NCBI GenBank assembly: GCA_050178385.1
Contig: JBFXGD010000057.1
Coordinates: 1-20,208, forward strand
Origin: Calditrichaceae bacterium
GTDB lineage: Bacteria > Calditrichota > Calditrichia > Calditrichales > JBFXGD01
DNA length: 20,208 nt
Direction of reading: 5' to 3'
This document shows positions 1 to 8,571 of this stretch, piece by piece; positions within the stretch are counted from its first letter, which is position 1; the number at the start of each line of letters is the position of its first letter. A model generated the notes under the pieces. That model saw only the letters and a program-made list of their open reading frames with translations, was not told where the DNA came from and ran no database searches. The translations under genes and the position numbers were made by a program.

Positions 1-753
1 ATATCTGTCTAATAATTCTCCCGCTGTGTAAACGGTGCAAAAATGCTCCAGTTTTTCGATGACTATTAATGTTGCCTTCTCTTTTCGCGACTCATTTAAA
101 GCTTCTTCAACCCATTTTTGCCAGACAGGTATTCCGGCTAAATAATCTGTTATTATCCCGGAAATAGTTGATTTTGCATTCTCAATTTTACCAGCCGCCT
201 GATCCATTTTTTTTGAGGCAAGGATATAATCACCTCTTTCAGCCGCGTATTCGCTTTCTAAAAGGAGAAACTCCCCGGAAATGGTTTCATTTTGGGATCT
301 TTTTGAAGCAGGGAGATAGGAATACCGGTTTTTATAATCACCGAAGACATTTTTGAGATATGGTATCCCAATGGTTAATGAATTTTTCAGCGAATCGTGC
401 TTTGCTCGTACCAGTAGAGTAAGATTTATAGCATCAATAACGGTCTGATCCGCCATTAACAGAGCATTCCTGTAATTACGAAGAAAGACCGGTTTTTTAT
501 TCTCCGCATCCCAGGAACGTCTGGCATTTGTCTGATCGGCGATTAATGTATTCCAAAGTTGAGGTGTATATCGATCAGATCCGGTTTTTCTCGCTTGATT
601 TACAGCGGTGTCCATTTTAATAAACTGACTTACGGGAGGTTTATTTATTCTATAGAACGCGAAAAAAGTAAACGCAATTATCAGGAAGATTCCCGAAACC
701 GCCAGTATTATTTTGATAAAAAAGTTTTTTTTTGTTTTTCTGTTAATCAACAT
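1..753 (-). CDS. Membrane-anchored protein with an N-terminal helical (DUF4398-like) region and a probable C-terminal L,D-transpeptidase (YkuD) domain; truncated by the window edge
   Basis: Not in the ORF track because it has no stop inside the window. Translated by hand: ATG at 753, in-frame TAG upstream at 771-769, open for 251 codons to base 1. It begins MLINRKTKKNFFIKIILAVSGIFLIIAFTFFAFYRINKPP (basic N-terminus plus TM helix) and ends WQKWVEEALNESRKEKATLIVIEKLEHFCTVYTAGELLDRY, which resembles the first beta strands of YkuD domains (IxIDKxxxxLxxYxxGxxxxxY). The catalytic HxxC motif would lie outside the window. Confidence 0.75.
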   Translation of the reverse strand, partial: MLINRKTKKNFFIKIILAVSGIFLIIAFTFFAFYRINKPPVSQFIKMDTAVNQARKTGSDRYTPQLWNTLIADQTNARRSWDAENKKPVFLRNYRNALLMADQTVIDAINLTLLVRAKHDSLKNSLTIGIPYLKNVFGDYKNRYSYLPASKRSQNETISGEFLLLESEYAAERGDYILASKKMDQAAGKIENAKSTISGIITDYLAGIPVWQKWVEEALNESRKEKATLIVIEKLEHFCTVYTAGELLDRY

Positions 754-787
754 CAGTCCGCATATATGCTAAGGTAAAGGCAATTAT

Positions 788-825
788 AAAAAACGTTCCG
801 CCGCGAATAAATCTGCAGCGGAACG
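788..825 (-). terminator. Intrinsic terminator between the lipoprotein gene and the downstream L,D-transpeptidase-like gene
   Basis: Minus strand reads CGTTCCGCTGC-loop-GCGGCGGAACG (11-bp stem, one G-U) followed by TTTTTT, about 35 nt after the lipoprotein stop. Confidence 0.8.
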
Positions 826-858
826 CAAGTTAATGAAATAAAATTGTCAGGAAAAGGA

Positions 859-1473
859 TTACCTTTTTTTCTGAATCGCCATCTTTTTCGCAATCGCGGT
901 CTGAAGTTCAGCATTTAGTGAATTAACTTTATCTAATGCTGCTCTTGCTTTATCACGGGCGGTAAGAAAGTCATTGCCATTCTGAGCTGTTTTTGCTTCG
1001 TTGACAACGGTTTCTACTATTTTTAGTTCATTCTGAATGCTTTCGAGAGCCGCGCGTCCCTCTTTACCTTTAGGGGCTTTTGAAATCAAAGTTTCGGATT
1101 CTTTTATTGAGCTGTCTAAATCCTGAAACAATGTTTCGGTTTCCTTTTGAATCTCCTGTTTCTTCACTGCTACGGCTTCTATCGATTTCCCAGCGGTTTC
1201 TGAAGCTGACTGCAATAAAGCGGTGGCCTTGGAATAACTGCGCATTAATGAAAATTTCGAATTCTGAGCTTCGATTTCAGTCATCGCCGAGTCCATTTTA
1301 CTCTGTGCTTCATTATACATTTCCGGTAAATAACGATTTACTTCGGCCTGATTCGCGGCTTCAAAAGAGGCTTTTGTTTCGTCAATTAAAGCCTGAGGGG
1401 CTTCAGAACAACTTGTAAGTAACCCTACTAATACAATTAAAGATAGGGATATAGCAAATGCCTTAGATTTCAT
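859..1473 (-). CDS. Alpha-helical/coiled-coil lipoprotein (DUF4398-like), 204 aa
   Basis: Signal peptide II with lipobox LTS-C22. The mature part is A/E/K-rich and helical, with a Lys-rich C-terminus (AIAKKMAIQKKR). Strong SD AGGAGG at 1483-1478. Confidence 0.85.
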   Translation of the reverse strand: MKSKAFAISLSLIVLVGLLTSCSEAPQALIDETKASFEAANQAEVNRYLPEMYNEAQSKMDSAMTEIEAQNSKFSLMRSYSKATALLQSASETAGKSIEAVAVKKQEIQKETETLFQDLDSSIKESETLISKAPKGKEGRAALESIQNELKIVETVVNEAKTAQNGNDFLTARDKARAALDKVNSLNAELQTAIAKKMAIQKKR

Positions 1474-1508
1474 GTTTCCTCCTATTTGTTAAAGGCTGCT
1501 AAAATGAT

Positions 1509-1525
1509 TACAAAGCGTGTGCCAA
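1509..1525 (-). promoter_or_regulatory. Putative sigma54 (RpoN) -24/-12 promoter for the lipoprotein gene
   Basis: Minus strand TTGGCAC-ACGCT-TTGTA versus consensus TGGCAC-N5-TTGCW. Spacing is exact, with one deviation (GC to GT at -12). It lies about 35 nt upstream of the ATG. Confidence 0.6.
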
Positions 1526-1540
1526 GGATTTGTAAAAGCC

Positions 1541-1553
1541 TAAGTTGTTGAAT
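1541..1553 (-). promoter_or_regulatory. Putative IHF-binding site
   Basis: Minus strand ATTCAACAACTTA versus WATCAANNNNTTR (1 mismatch), located between the sigma54 element and the palindromes. Confidence 0.45.
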
Positions 1554-1597
1554 TTAAATGAGATAAAAAATGTTGTTAATTGTAAATTGTGCAAATA

Positions 1598-1655
1598 TTT
1601 ATCAAATTGATAAAATCTATTCTGAACAGCCATTAGAATTTCTCAAATTGATAAA
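1598..1655. promoter_or_regulatory. Tandem 17-bp palindromic binding sites (enhancer/UAS-like)
   Basis: TTTATCAA-A-TTGATAAA (1598-1614, perfect inverted repeat) and TTTCTCAA-A-TTGATAAA (1639-1655, 1 mismatch); centres are 41 bp apart. Confidence 0.65.
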
Positions 1656-1786
1656 CTGCGGTTATTTAGGTCAGAGTATATTCTTAAAATGATAAAAAAT
1701 GTTAATTTGTCAGGTCTGTTTATGGTATGATGGTCCTTTTCTAATAAAAGGAAAGAGTTTTATCATTCGGGACATCAGCAAAGTGA

Positions 1787-1815
1787 TTGCTTTTAATATC
1801 TCAAAAACATATATT
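1787..1815 (+). promoter_or_regulatory. Putative sigma70 promoter of the biotin carboxylase gene
   Basis: TTGCTT-17 bp-TATATT ending 36 nt before the ATG. Confidence 0.5.
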
Positions 1816-1851
1816 TTATGATTAACCTCCAGAAAAGAACGAGAATATTTT

Positions 1852-3354
1852 ATGTTTAAGAAGATTCTGATTGCCAATCGGGGTGAAATTGCCCTAAGAA
1901 TTATGCGTACCTGCCGTGAAATGGGAATATCCTCTGTAGCCGTATTTTCTGATATTGACCGGAAAAGCCCCTTTACATATTACGCTGACGAAGCTTATGC
2001 TCTTGGTGGATCAACCTCTCAGGAAAGTTATCTGAAGTGGGAAAAGATTATTGAAATAGCCGCTAAGAGCGGTGCAGGAGCTATTCACCCGGGATATGGA
2101 TTTTTATCTGAAAACGCTGAATTTGCGGAGGCGGTCGTAAAGGCCGGTTTAGTATTTATCGGACCGCCGCCGTCCGCGATCCGTCTCATGGGGAATAAGA
2201 CCCAGGCGCGAAAATTGATGATTTCAAATGGCGTGCCCACCGTCCCCGGGACGGAAGATGCAATCACCGATGTAAATAAGGCCAGAGAGATAGCAAACAA
2301 AATAGGCTATCCCGTTTTGATAAAAGCGGCTGCCGGCGGAGGCGGTAAGGGAATGCGGCTGGTTGAGAATGATTCTCAAATTATTGAAGCTATTGAAGGC
2401 GCTGCAAGAGAAGCAAAAGCCGCCTTTAACGATGAATCGGTTTATATTGAAAAATTTGTGGAAGAGCCGCGGCATATTGAATTTCAGATATTGGCGGATT
2501 CTTTTGGAACGATCATTCATCTCGGCGAAAGGGAATGTTCCATTCAGCGCCGTCATCAAAAAGTGATCGAAGAATCACCATCTTCACTTCTAACTGAAGA
2601 ACTTCGCGAGAAAATGGGTATAGCAGCGATAAAGGCGGCAAAATCATGTGGTTATGTCAACGCGGGAACCATAGAATTCCTGGTTGATAAACATTTAAAG
2701 TTTTACTTTTTGGAAATGAATACACGTTTACAGGTTGAGCATCCGGTTACTGAAATGGTCAGTGGTCTGGATCTTGTTGAGCAGCAAATCCGCATCGCCG
2801 CAGGTAAAAAGATGACGGTAAAATCCAGTCTTAAAAAGTTCTGGGGACACGCTATTGAATGCCGGCTTTACGCTGAAGATCCTTCCAATAATTTTTCACC
2901 GTCCCCCGGAAAAATTATGTTTTTAAAATCCGCCGACGGCCCCGGTATCAGGGAAGACAGCGGAGTTACACAGGGTAGTGAGATCTCGCTTTACTATGAT
3001 CCGATGATTTCAAAATTGATCGCCTGGGGAAGCGACCGTGAACATGCCATAAACAGGATGCTGCGCGCGCTGAAGGAATATGAAATTCTTGGAATTCATA
3101 CGACGATTCCGTTCCTTATACGTGTTCTGGAGAATCCTTTATTCAAAAAGGGCAAATTTACTACAAAATTTATTGAGGAAAATAAAGAACAATTATTGAC
3201 TGAAGACAGGGACGGCGCTGAGATCGCCAGTTTTGCCGCCGTTCTGGATCAGCTTTATGAGAAAAGCCGTATTAATTTGACATCAAATAATCATGCTGCA
3301 AAGTGCGTTTCCACCTGGAAAATGAAAAACAGAAAAAAAAATCTGGGGAACTGA
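1852..3354 (+). CDS. accC: Biotin carboxylase subunit of an acyl-CoA (acetyl/propionyl-CoA) carboxylase
   Basis: KILIANRGEIA, HPGYGFLSEN, GGGGKGMR, ERECSIQRRHQK, EMNTRLQVEHPVTE, ECRLYAEDP and YDPMISKL motifs. Confidence 0.96.
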   Translation: MFKKILIANRGEIALRIMRTCREMGISSVAVFSDIDRKSPFTYYADEAYALGGSTSQESYLKWEKIIEIAAKSGAGAIHPGYGFLSENAEFAEAVVKAGLVFIGPPPSAIRLMGNKTQARKLMISNGVPTVPGTEDAITDVNKAREIANKIGYPVLIKAAAGGGGKGMRLVENDSQIIEAIEGAAREAKAAFNDESVYIEKFVEEPRHIEFQILADSFGTIIHLGERECSIQRRHQKVIEESPSSLLTEELREKMGIAAIKAAKSCGYVNAGTIEFLVDKHLKFYFLEMNTRLQVEHPVTEMVSGLDLVEQQIRIAAGKKMTVKSSLKKFWGHAIECRLYAEDPSNNFSPSPGKIMFLKSADGPGIREDSGVTQGSEISLYYDPMISKLIAWGSDREHAINRMLRALKEYEILGIHTTIPFLIRVLENPLFKKGKFTTKFIEENKEQLLTEDRDGAEIASFAAVLDQLYEKSRINLTSNNHAAKCVSTWKMKNRKKNLGN

Positions 3355-3866
3355 TGAAAATATTCGCCGACACTAAAAAAAATAAATTTGAATTTGAGTC
3401 ATTTTTAAAAGATGATAATCAAATCGTGATAAAAAACGGATCCGAAATTACTTATGATATGGTTGCGCTTGGTGACGGCCGATACTCTCTGATAAAGGAG
3501 AACAAATCATATCTGGTTCATCTGATCAAAAAAGATGATAGCTACTATGTTCATGTTCTCGGAGATTTGTTTGATGTTCGCGTAGAAGATGAACGGGTAC
3601 GTAAAGTAAAAGAATTGGTAGAAAAATCATCCGGCGCTCCTGCCGGACATATACTTAAAGCGCCGATTCCGGGTCTTGTGGTGAAAGTGAATGTGAAGGC
3701 GGGGCAGGAAGTAATGAGCGGAGACGGTCTTCTCGTGCTGGAAGCGATGAAAATGGAAAATATAATAAAGGCGCCTTATAATTGTCTGGTGACAGAGGTG
3801 GCGGTCAATGAAAATACAACGGTTCAGCAAGGTCAGGTGCTTATTAAACTTAAATCCCTCAGCTAA
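3354..3866 (+). CDS. Biotin carboxyl carrier protein with an N-terminal beta-rich extension (170 aa)
   Basis: APIPG...G...LVLEAMKMEN biotinylation motif. The likely start is the ATG at 3354 overlapping the accC stop (TGATG), not the GTG at 3303. Confidence 0.92.
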   Translation: MKIFADTKKNKFEFESFLKDDNQIVIKNGSEITYDMVALGDGRYSLIKENKSYLVHLIKKDDSYYVHVLGDLFDVRVEDERVRKVKELVEKSSGAPAGHILKAPIPGLVVKVNVKAGQEVMSGDGLLVLEAMKMENIIKAPYNCLVTEVAVNENTTVQQGQVLIKLKSLS

Positions 3867-3940
3867 TACCCCGTTATACGCGGATAAATCCATATTATCT
3901 GGACCATGTGAAAAATATATCAAAATAATAAAAAAAATCT

Positions 3941-3969
3941 TTGCGCCCATATTTTCTATATCCTAAATT
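3941..3969 (+). promoter_or_regulatory. Putative sigma70 promoter of the mutase genes
   Basis: TTGCGC-17 bp-TAAATT preceded by an A-rich UP-like tract; GGAG SD before the ATG at 4042. Confidence 0.45.
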
Positions 3970-4041
3970 CTTGTTTCAGGACTAAATTTCCTGATAATTT
4001 GGGTTTCAGTGGAAGCGGAACGATAAAACCGGAGCAATTCC

Positions 4042-6210
4042 ATGAGAGCAAACGATCAAATCAATAAATCTGCACGAAGAATTGGATTTCTGTCGGAAGA
4101 TTTTCCGATTCCAACCTATGATGAATGGCGTCTGGAAGTTGATAAATTGCTAAAAGGCGCGCCTTTCGATAAAATCATGTTGACTGATACTTATGAAGAT
4201 ATCAGATTAAAGCCGTTGTATTTGAAAGATGATGTTGACTGGACAACGGTTAAAAATCATTTCCCCGGTTTTCCCCCGTATGACAGGGCCATTGAGTCCT
4301 ATGGCTCCGTATTGAACGGCTGGAAAATCGCCCAGCGTCTGCCCTATGGATCGCCTGAACGATTCAATCATGCACTGAATAAGGATTTGAAGCGGGGGCA
4401 AAATGCGATTTATCTGACACCGGACAATATAACTGTTTCTTGTCTTGATTCCGATTACGGCAAAGCGGGTGAAGTCGGACAAGGCGGCGTTGCCCTTTCA
4501 ACCCTTGAAGATTTTGAAATAGCGTTAAGGGGCATTGATTTTGAATCAACGCCTATATTTGTAGAGGCATATTCTTCCGGTATGATGATGGGGGTATTTC
4601 TTGCTTCTATTCTGCTCAAAAAAGGTGTTTCCACAAAAATTCTTAAGGGAGCCATTCAAACAGATCCGCTCGGAGAACTCGTAAAAAACGGCCGTCTATC
4701 GGTTTCCATGAAAATGTCTTATGACGAAATGGCGCGTTTAACAGCATGGGCAGTAGAGAACGCCCCAAATTTGCAAACCATCGGAATACATACATCGCCG
4801 TATCGTAGCGGGGGGTGCAGCGCCGCACAGGAACTGGCTTTTGCTATTGGAACGGCCGTTGAGTACATCAGGCAGATGCTGGAGAAAAATTTTACGATAG
4901 ATGAAATCGCGCCCCGGATACGCTTTAATTTTGTGCAGGGTTCAAATTTTTTCATAGAAATAGCCAAACTTAGGGCAGCGCGCGCATTATGGAACAGAAT
5001 TATTCAGATTCTCGCAGGTAATGATCTCTCCGGGAAAATGCATATTCACGCGGAAACTTCATTCTCGAATAAAACTTGTTATGATCCGTTTGTGAACATA
5101 TTACGAAACACCACGGAAGCATTCGCCGGTATTCTGGGCGGAATTGACAGCATGCATGTGGGAACTTTTGATGAACTTCTCCGTGAACCGGATGATTTCT
5201 CACGCCGGATCGCCAGAAACACGCAAATTATTCTCATGGAAGAAAGTCACCTTGATCGGATAATCGATCCGGCTGGAGGATCGTATTATATAGAGAACCT
5301 TACAAAAGAGATAGCCGAGAAATCCTGGAAACTTTTTCAGGAAATAGAAAAGCTGGGAGGAATGCAAGCAGCGCTGGAAAAAGGATTCCCGCAGGATCAG
5401 GTAAAAGAAATCGCAAACAGGCGAATGCAGAATATAGCTTCCCGCAGGGATAAAATTATAGGCACAAACGTCTATCCGGACCTAAACGAAAAGAAAATCG
5501 AACATAAGATTTCTGATCCGGAATTGATATATAATGAAAGAGTGAACTATCTTAACCGCTACAGAACATCGGGAAATGTTAAAAAACATATTCTCCCTCT
5601 TGAAAAACTTGTTGAAATACAAAAAGCGTCATCCGAAAATGTTATGGATGCCGCGATCGATGCGGTTATTTCCAGCGCGACGATTGGTGAAATTCGGTCA
5701 TCACTGCGGGAAGGAGATGATCATTTTCCTGAAATCATTCCTGTCGAGCCGTTCCGAGGCGCTGAAATGTTTGAAAAACTCAGACTGAATATGGAAAACT
5801 ACAGAAAAATTAACGGAAAAGTCCCCAAAATATTTCTCGCGAATATGGGAAGTCTTTCTTCATATAAAGCCAGATCGGATTTCGCGGCGGGATTTTTTGA
5901 AATCGGTGGATTTGAAATTGTTGACAATCAAGGATATGAAACATCCTCTGAAGCAGCAAAGATGGCTCTGGAGTCTGGGGCCGGTGTTGTCGTTATCTGT
6001 TCATCTGATGAAAAGTATCCGGAATTTGTCCATCCGCTGACGGAAAAAATCAAATCATCCGCGCCTGAAAAAATAGTTGTCCTGGCGGGGTATCCAAAGG
6101 ATCAAATCGATCAATATAAGCAGGCCGGAGTGGATGTTTTTATCCATATTCGTTCAAATGTCTATGAAATATTATCGGACTTACAGAAAAGATTGGGAGT
6201 CATTGAATGA
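4042..6210 (+). CDS. mutA: Methylmalonyl-CoA mutase small (beta, non-catalytic) subunit
   Basis: MCM-family motifs ([58 protein letters not shown]). The C-terminal B12-binding-like domain lacks DxHxxG. Confidence 0.9.
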   Translation: MRANDQINKSARRIGFLSEDFPIPTYDEWRLEVDKLLKGAPFDKIMLTDTYEDIRLKPLYLKDDVDWTTVKNHFPGFPPYDRAIESYGSVLNGWKIAQRLPYGSPERFNHALNKDLKRGQNAIYLTPDNITVSCLDSDYGKAGEVGQGGVALSTLEDFEIALRGIDFESTPIFVEAYSSGMMMGVFLASILLKKGVSTKILKGAIQTDPLGELVKNGRLSVSMKMSYDEMARLTAWAVENAPNLQTIGIHTSPYRSGGCSAAQELAFAIGTAVEYIRQMLEKNFTIDEIAPRIRFNFVQGSNFFIEIAKLRAARALWNRIIQILAGNDLSGKMHIHAETSFSNKTCYDPFVNILRNTTEAFAGILGGIDSMHVGTFDELLREPDDFSRRIARNTQIILMEESHLDRIIDPAGGSYYIENLTKEIAEKSWKLFQEIEKLGGMQAALEKGFPQDQVKEIANRRMQNIASRRDKIIGTNVYPDLNEKKIEHKISDPELIYNERVNYLNRYRTSGNVKKHILPLEKLVEIQKASSENVMDAAIDAVISSATIGEIRSSLREGDDHFPEIIPVEPFRGAEMFEKLRLNMENYRKINGKVPKIFLANMGSLSSYKARSDFAAGFFEIGGFEIVDNQGYETSSEAAKMALESGAGVVVICSSDEKYPEFVHPLTEKIKSSAPEKIVVLAGYPKDQIDQYKQAGVDVFIHIRSNVYEILSDLQKRLGVIE

Positions 6211-8384
6211 GCCGGATACCTGATTTTGCTAAAATAGATTTTAAGTTTGACGCTGCTGATACAGATGAAAAAATATGGCGCCGGAAGCTTGAAAAAGAAA
6301 CCGGTAAAAACCTGGATGCGCTTATCTGGCAGACCAATGAACAAATTCCTGTAAAGCCTCTTTACTCCCATGACGACATTAAAGATCTGGAGCATAAGGA
6401 TTACGTTGCCGGTATCGCGCCGTTTCTAAGAGGCCCATATGCCACAATGTATGCCATGCGTCCCTGGACTGTAAGGCAATATGCCGGTTTTTCCACCGCT
6501 GAAGAAAGTAATGCTTTTTATAAAAGAAATTTAGCGGCGGGACAAAGAGGATTGTCAGTCGCTTTTGATCTCGCGACGCACCGCGGGTATGATTCGGATC
6601 ATCACAGGGTTGTGGGTGATGTCGGGAAGGCCGGTGTTGCCGTTGATTCTATCCTTGATATGAAGATATTGTTTGATAGCATTCCTCTTGATAAGATTTC
6701 GGTGTCTATGACCATGAATGGCGCCGTGCTGCCGATTTTGGCCTTTTATATTGTTACCGCGGAAGAACAGGGTGTAAAAATGGATCAGCTTTCCGGTACG
6801 ATTCAGAATGACATATTGAAAGAATACATGGTTAGGAATACCTATATTTATCCTCCGGAACATTCGATGAAGATCATCGCTGATATTTTTGCTTTTACTT
6901 CGAAGAATATGCCGAAATTTAACAGTATCAGTATTTCAGGATATCATATGCAGGAAGCCGGCGCCACCGCGGATCTGGAAATGGCTTACACGCTGACGGA
7001 CGGTCTCGAGTATGTCAAAACGGGAATAAAGGCGGGAATCGATGTGGACGCTTTCGCGCCGCGTCTGTCATTCTTCTGGGCGCAGGGAATGAATTATTTT
7101 ATGGAAATCGCAAAAATGAGAGCCGCGCGGCTGATTTGGGCGAAATTAATTAAGCAATTTAATCCGAAGGATCCGAAATCCATGGCCCTTCGCACCCATT
7201 CCCAGACATCAGGATGGACACTTACGGAGCAGGATCCGTATAATAATGTTATACGCACCTGTATTGAAGCCATGGCTGCCGTGATGGGTCATACACAATC
7301 CCTTCATACCAATTCTTTGGATGAAGCGATCGCTTTACCGACCGATTTTTCCGCAAGGATCGCGAGGAATACCCAGTTATATCTGCAGGAAGAAACAGGA
7401 ATCTGCCGTGTGATTGATCCCTGGGGAGGTTCGTATTATGTTGAAGCGCTGACAGACGCGCTGATGCAGAGAGCTCTTGACCATATTGATGAAATCGAAT
7501 CTCTCGGCGGGATGGCCAAAGCGATAGAAACCGGCATTCCGAAGATGCGGATTGAGGAAGCTGCGGCGCGGAAACAGGCGCATATCGACTCCGGAAGGGA
7601 AACTATTGTCGGCGTGAATAAGTATCGTTTGGAAAAGGAAGATCCTATCGAGATACTCGAAATTGACAATACTGCTGTCAGAAAAACGCAAATCAAGAGA
7701 CTTCAGAAGTTGAAATCCGGCAGGGATGAAACAAAAACTAAGCACGCGCTTGAATCACTTGCCAAATGCGCTGAATCAGGTGAAGGCAATCTGCTTGAAC
7801 TGACGATTGAAGCCGCGCGCGCCCGGGCTACACTTGGGGAAATCTCAGACGCGATGGAAAAAGCGTTTGGCCGGCATAAAGCAACGATCCGATCCATTTC
7901 AGGCGTTTACAGTAAAGAATATTCAGATGAGGATGATGTGAAAAAAGTACGTGACTCAGCAGATGAATTTGAAAAAATTGAAGGCCGGCGTCCAAGGATA
8001 CTGATCGCCAAGATGGGACAAGACGGACATGACCGGGGCGCGAAAGTGATTGCCACCGCCTTCGCCGATCTTGGTTTTGATGTGGATATAGGGCCGTTGT
8101 TTCAGACACCTGAAGAAACTGCCCGTCAGGCAATTGAGAACGATGTTCATGTGATCGGGATGAGCTCACTCGCCGGGGGACACAAAACACTTCTGCCGCA
8201 GCTGATGGATGAATTAAAAAAACTCGGACGGGAAGATATCATGGTTGTCGCGGGCGGGGTTATTCCGGCCCAGGATTATGAATTTCTGAGAGAGAATGGC
8301 GCTTCCGCCATATTCGGCCCGGGAACGATCGTTCCGGTTGCCGCGCAAAAAGTGCTGGATGAATTATTCAGGCGAATCCGGTAA
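6207..8384 (+). CDS. scpA: Methylmalonyl-CoA mutase large (alpha, catalytic, AdoCbl-binding) subunit
   Basis: [11 protein letters not shown] (Tyr typical of methylmalonyl-CoA specificity), [21 protein letters not shown] and MGQDGHDRG (DxHxxG). ATGA overlap with the small subunit gene. Confidence 0.97.
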   Translation: MSRIPDFAKIDFKFDAADTDEKIWRRKLEKETGKNLDALIWQTNEQIPVKPLYSHDDIKDLEHKDYVAGIAPFLRGPYATMYAMRPWTVRQYAGFSTAEESNAFYKRNLAAGQRGLSVAFDLATHRGYDSDHHRVVGDVGKAGVAVDSILDMKILFDSIPLDKISVSMTMNGAVLPILAFYIVTAEEQGVKMDQLSGTIQNDILKEYMVRNTYIYPPEHSMKIIADIFAFTSKNMPKFNSISISGYHMQEAGATADLEMAYTLTDGLEYVKTGIKAGIDVDAFAPRLSFFWAQGMNYFMEIAKMRAARLIWAKLIKQFNPKDPKSMALRTHSQTSGWTLTEQDPYNNVIRTCIEAMAAVMGHTQSLHTNSLDEAIALPTDFSARIARNTQLYLQEETGICRVIDPWGGSYYVEALTDALMQRALDHIDEIESLGGMAKAIETGIPKMRIEEAAARKQAHIDSGRETIVGVNKYRLEKEDPIEILEIDNTAVRKTQIKRLQKLKSGRDETKTKHALESLAKCAESGEGNLLELTIEAARARATLGEISDAMEKAFGRHKATIRSISGVYSKEYSDEDDVKKVRDSADEFEKIEGRRPRILIAKMGQDGHDRGAKVIATAFADLGFDVDIGPLFQTPEETARQAIENDVHVIGMSSLAGGHKTLLPQLMDELKKLGREDIMVVAGGVIPAQDYEFLRENGASAIFGPGTIVPVAAQKVLDELFRRIR

Positions 8385-8409
8385 AGTGTTTCAGTAAAAT
8401 GATTTTTTC

Positions 8410-8439
8410 AAAAAAGGCGGACAATGGTTCGCCTTTTTT
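8410..8439 (+). terminator. Intrinsic (possibly bidirectional) terminator after the mutase genes
   Basis: AAAAAA-GGCGGAC-AATG-GTTCGCC-TTTTTT. Confidence 0.85.
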
Positions 8440-8571
8440 AATTAATATCTGCAATTTGCGCTTATCCCTCATAATTCAGGTTCGTAAAAATTGATTTGTT
8501 TAATAATTTTAGTGATCTTACATTAATTGAAGTATAATTCCATCATACCATGAGACAGAAGGCGAGAGTCA

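Noticed and set aside
168..1418. Plus-strand ORFs 168-356, 559-777 and 1080-1418
   Set aside because: Antisense shadows of the two minus-strand genes; no recognisable motifs.
3303..3353. GTG start at 3303 for the BCCP gene
   Set aside because: It overlaps accC by 52 nt; the ATG at 3354 in a TGATG coupling is more plausible.
3867..4041. Possible cobalamin riboswitch upstream of the B12-dependent mutase
   Set aside because: No B12-box or conserved core motifs; the region is AT-rich and the predicted leader is only ~65 nt.
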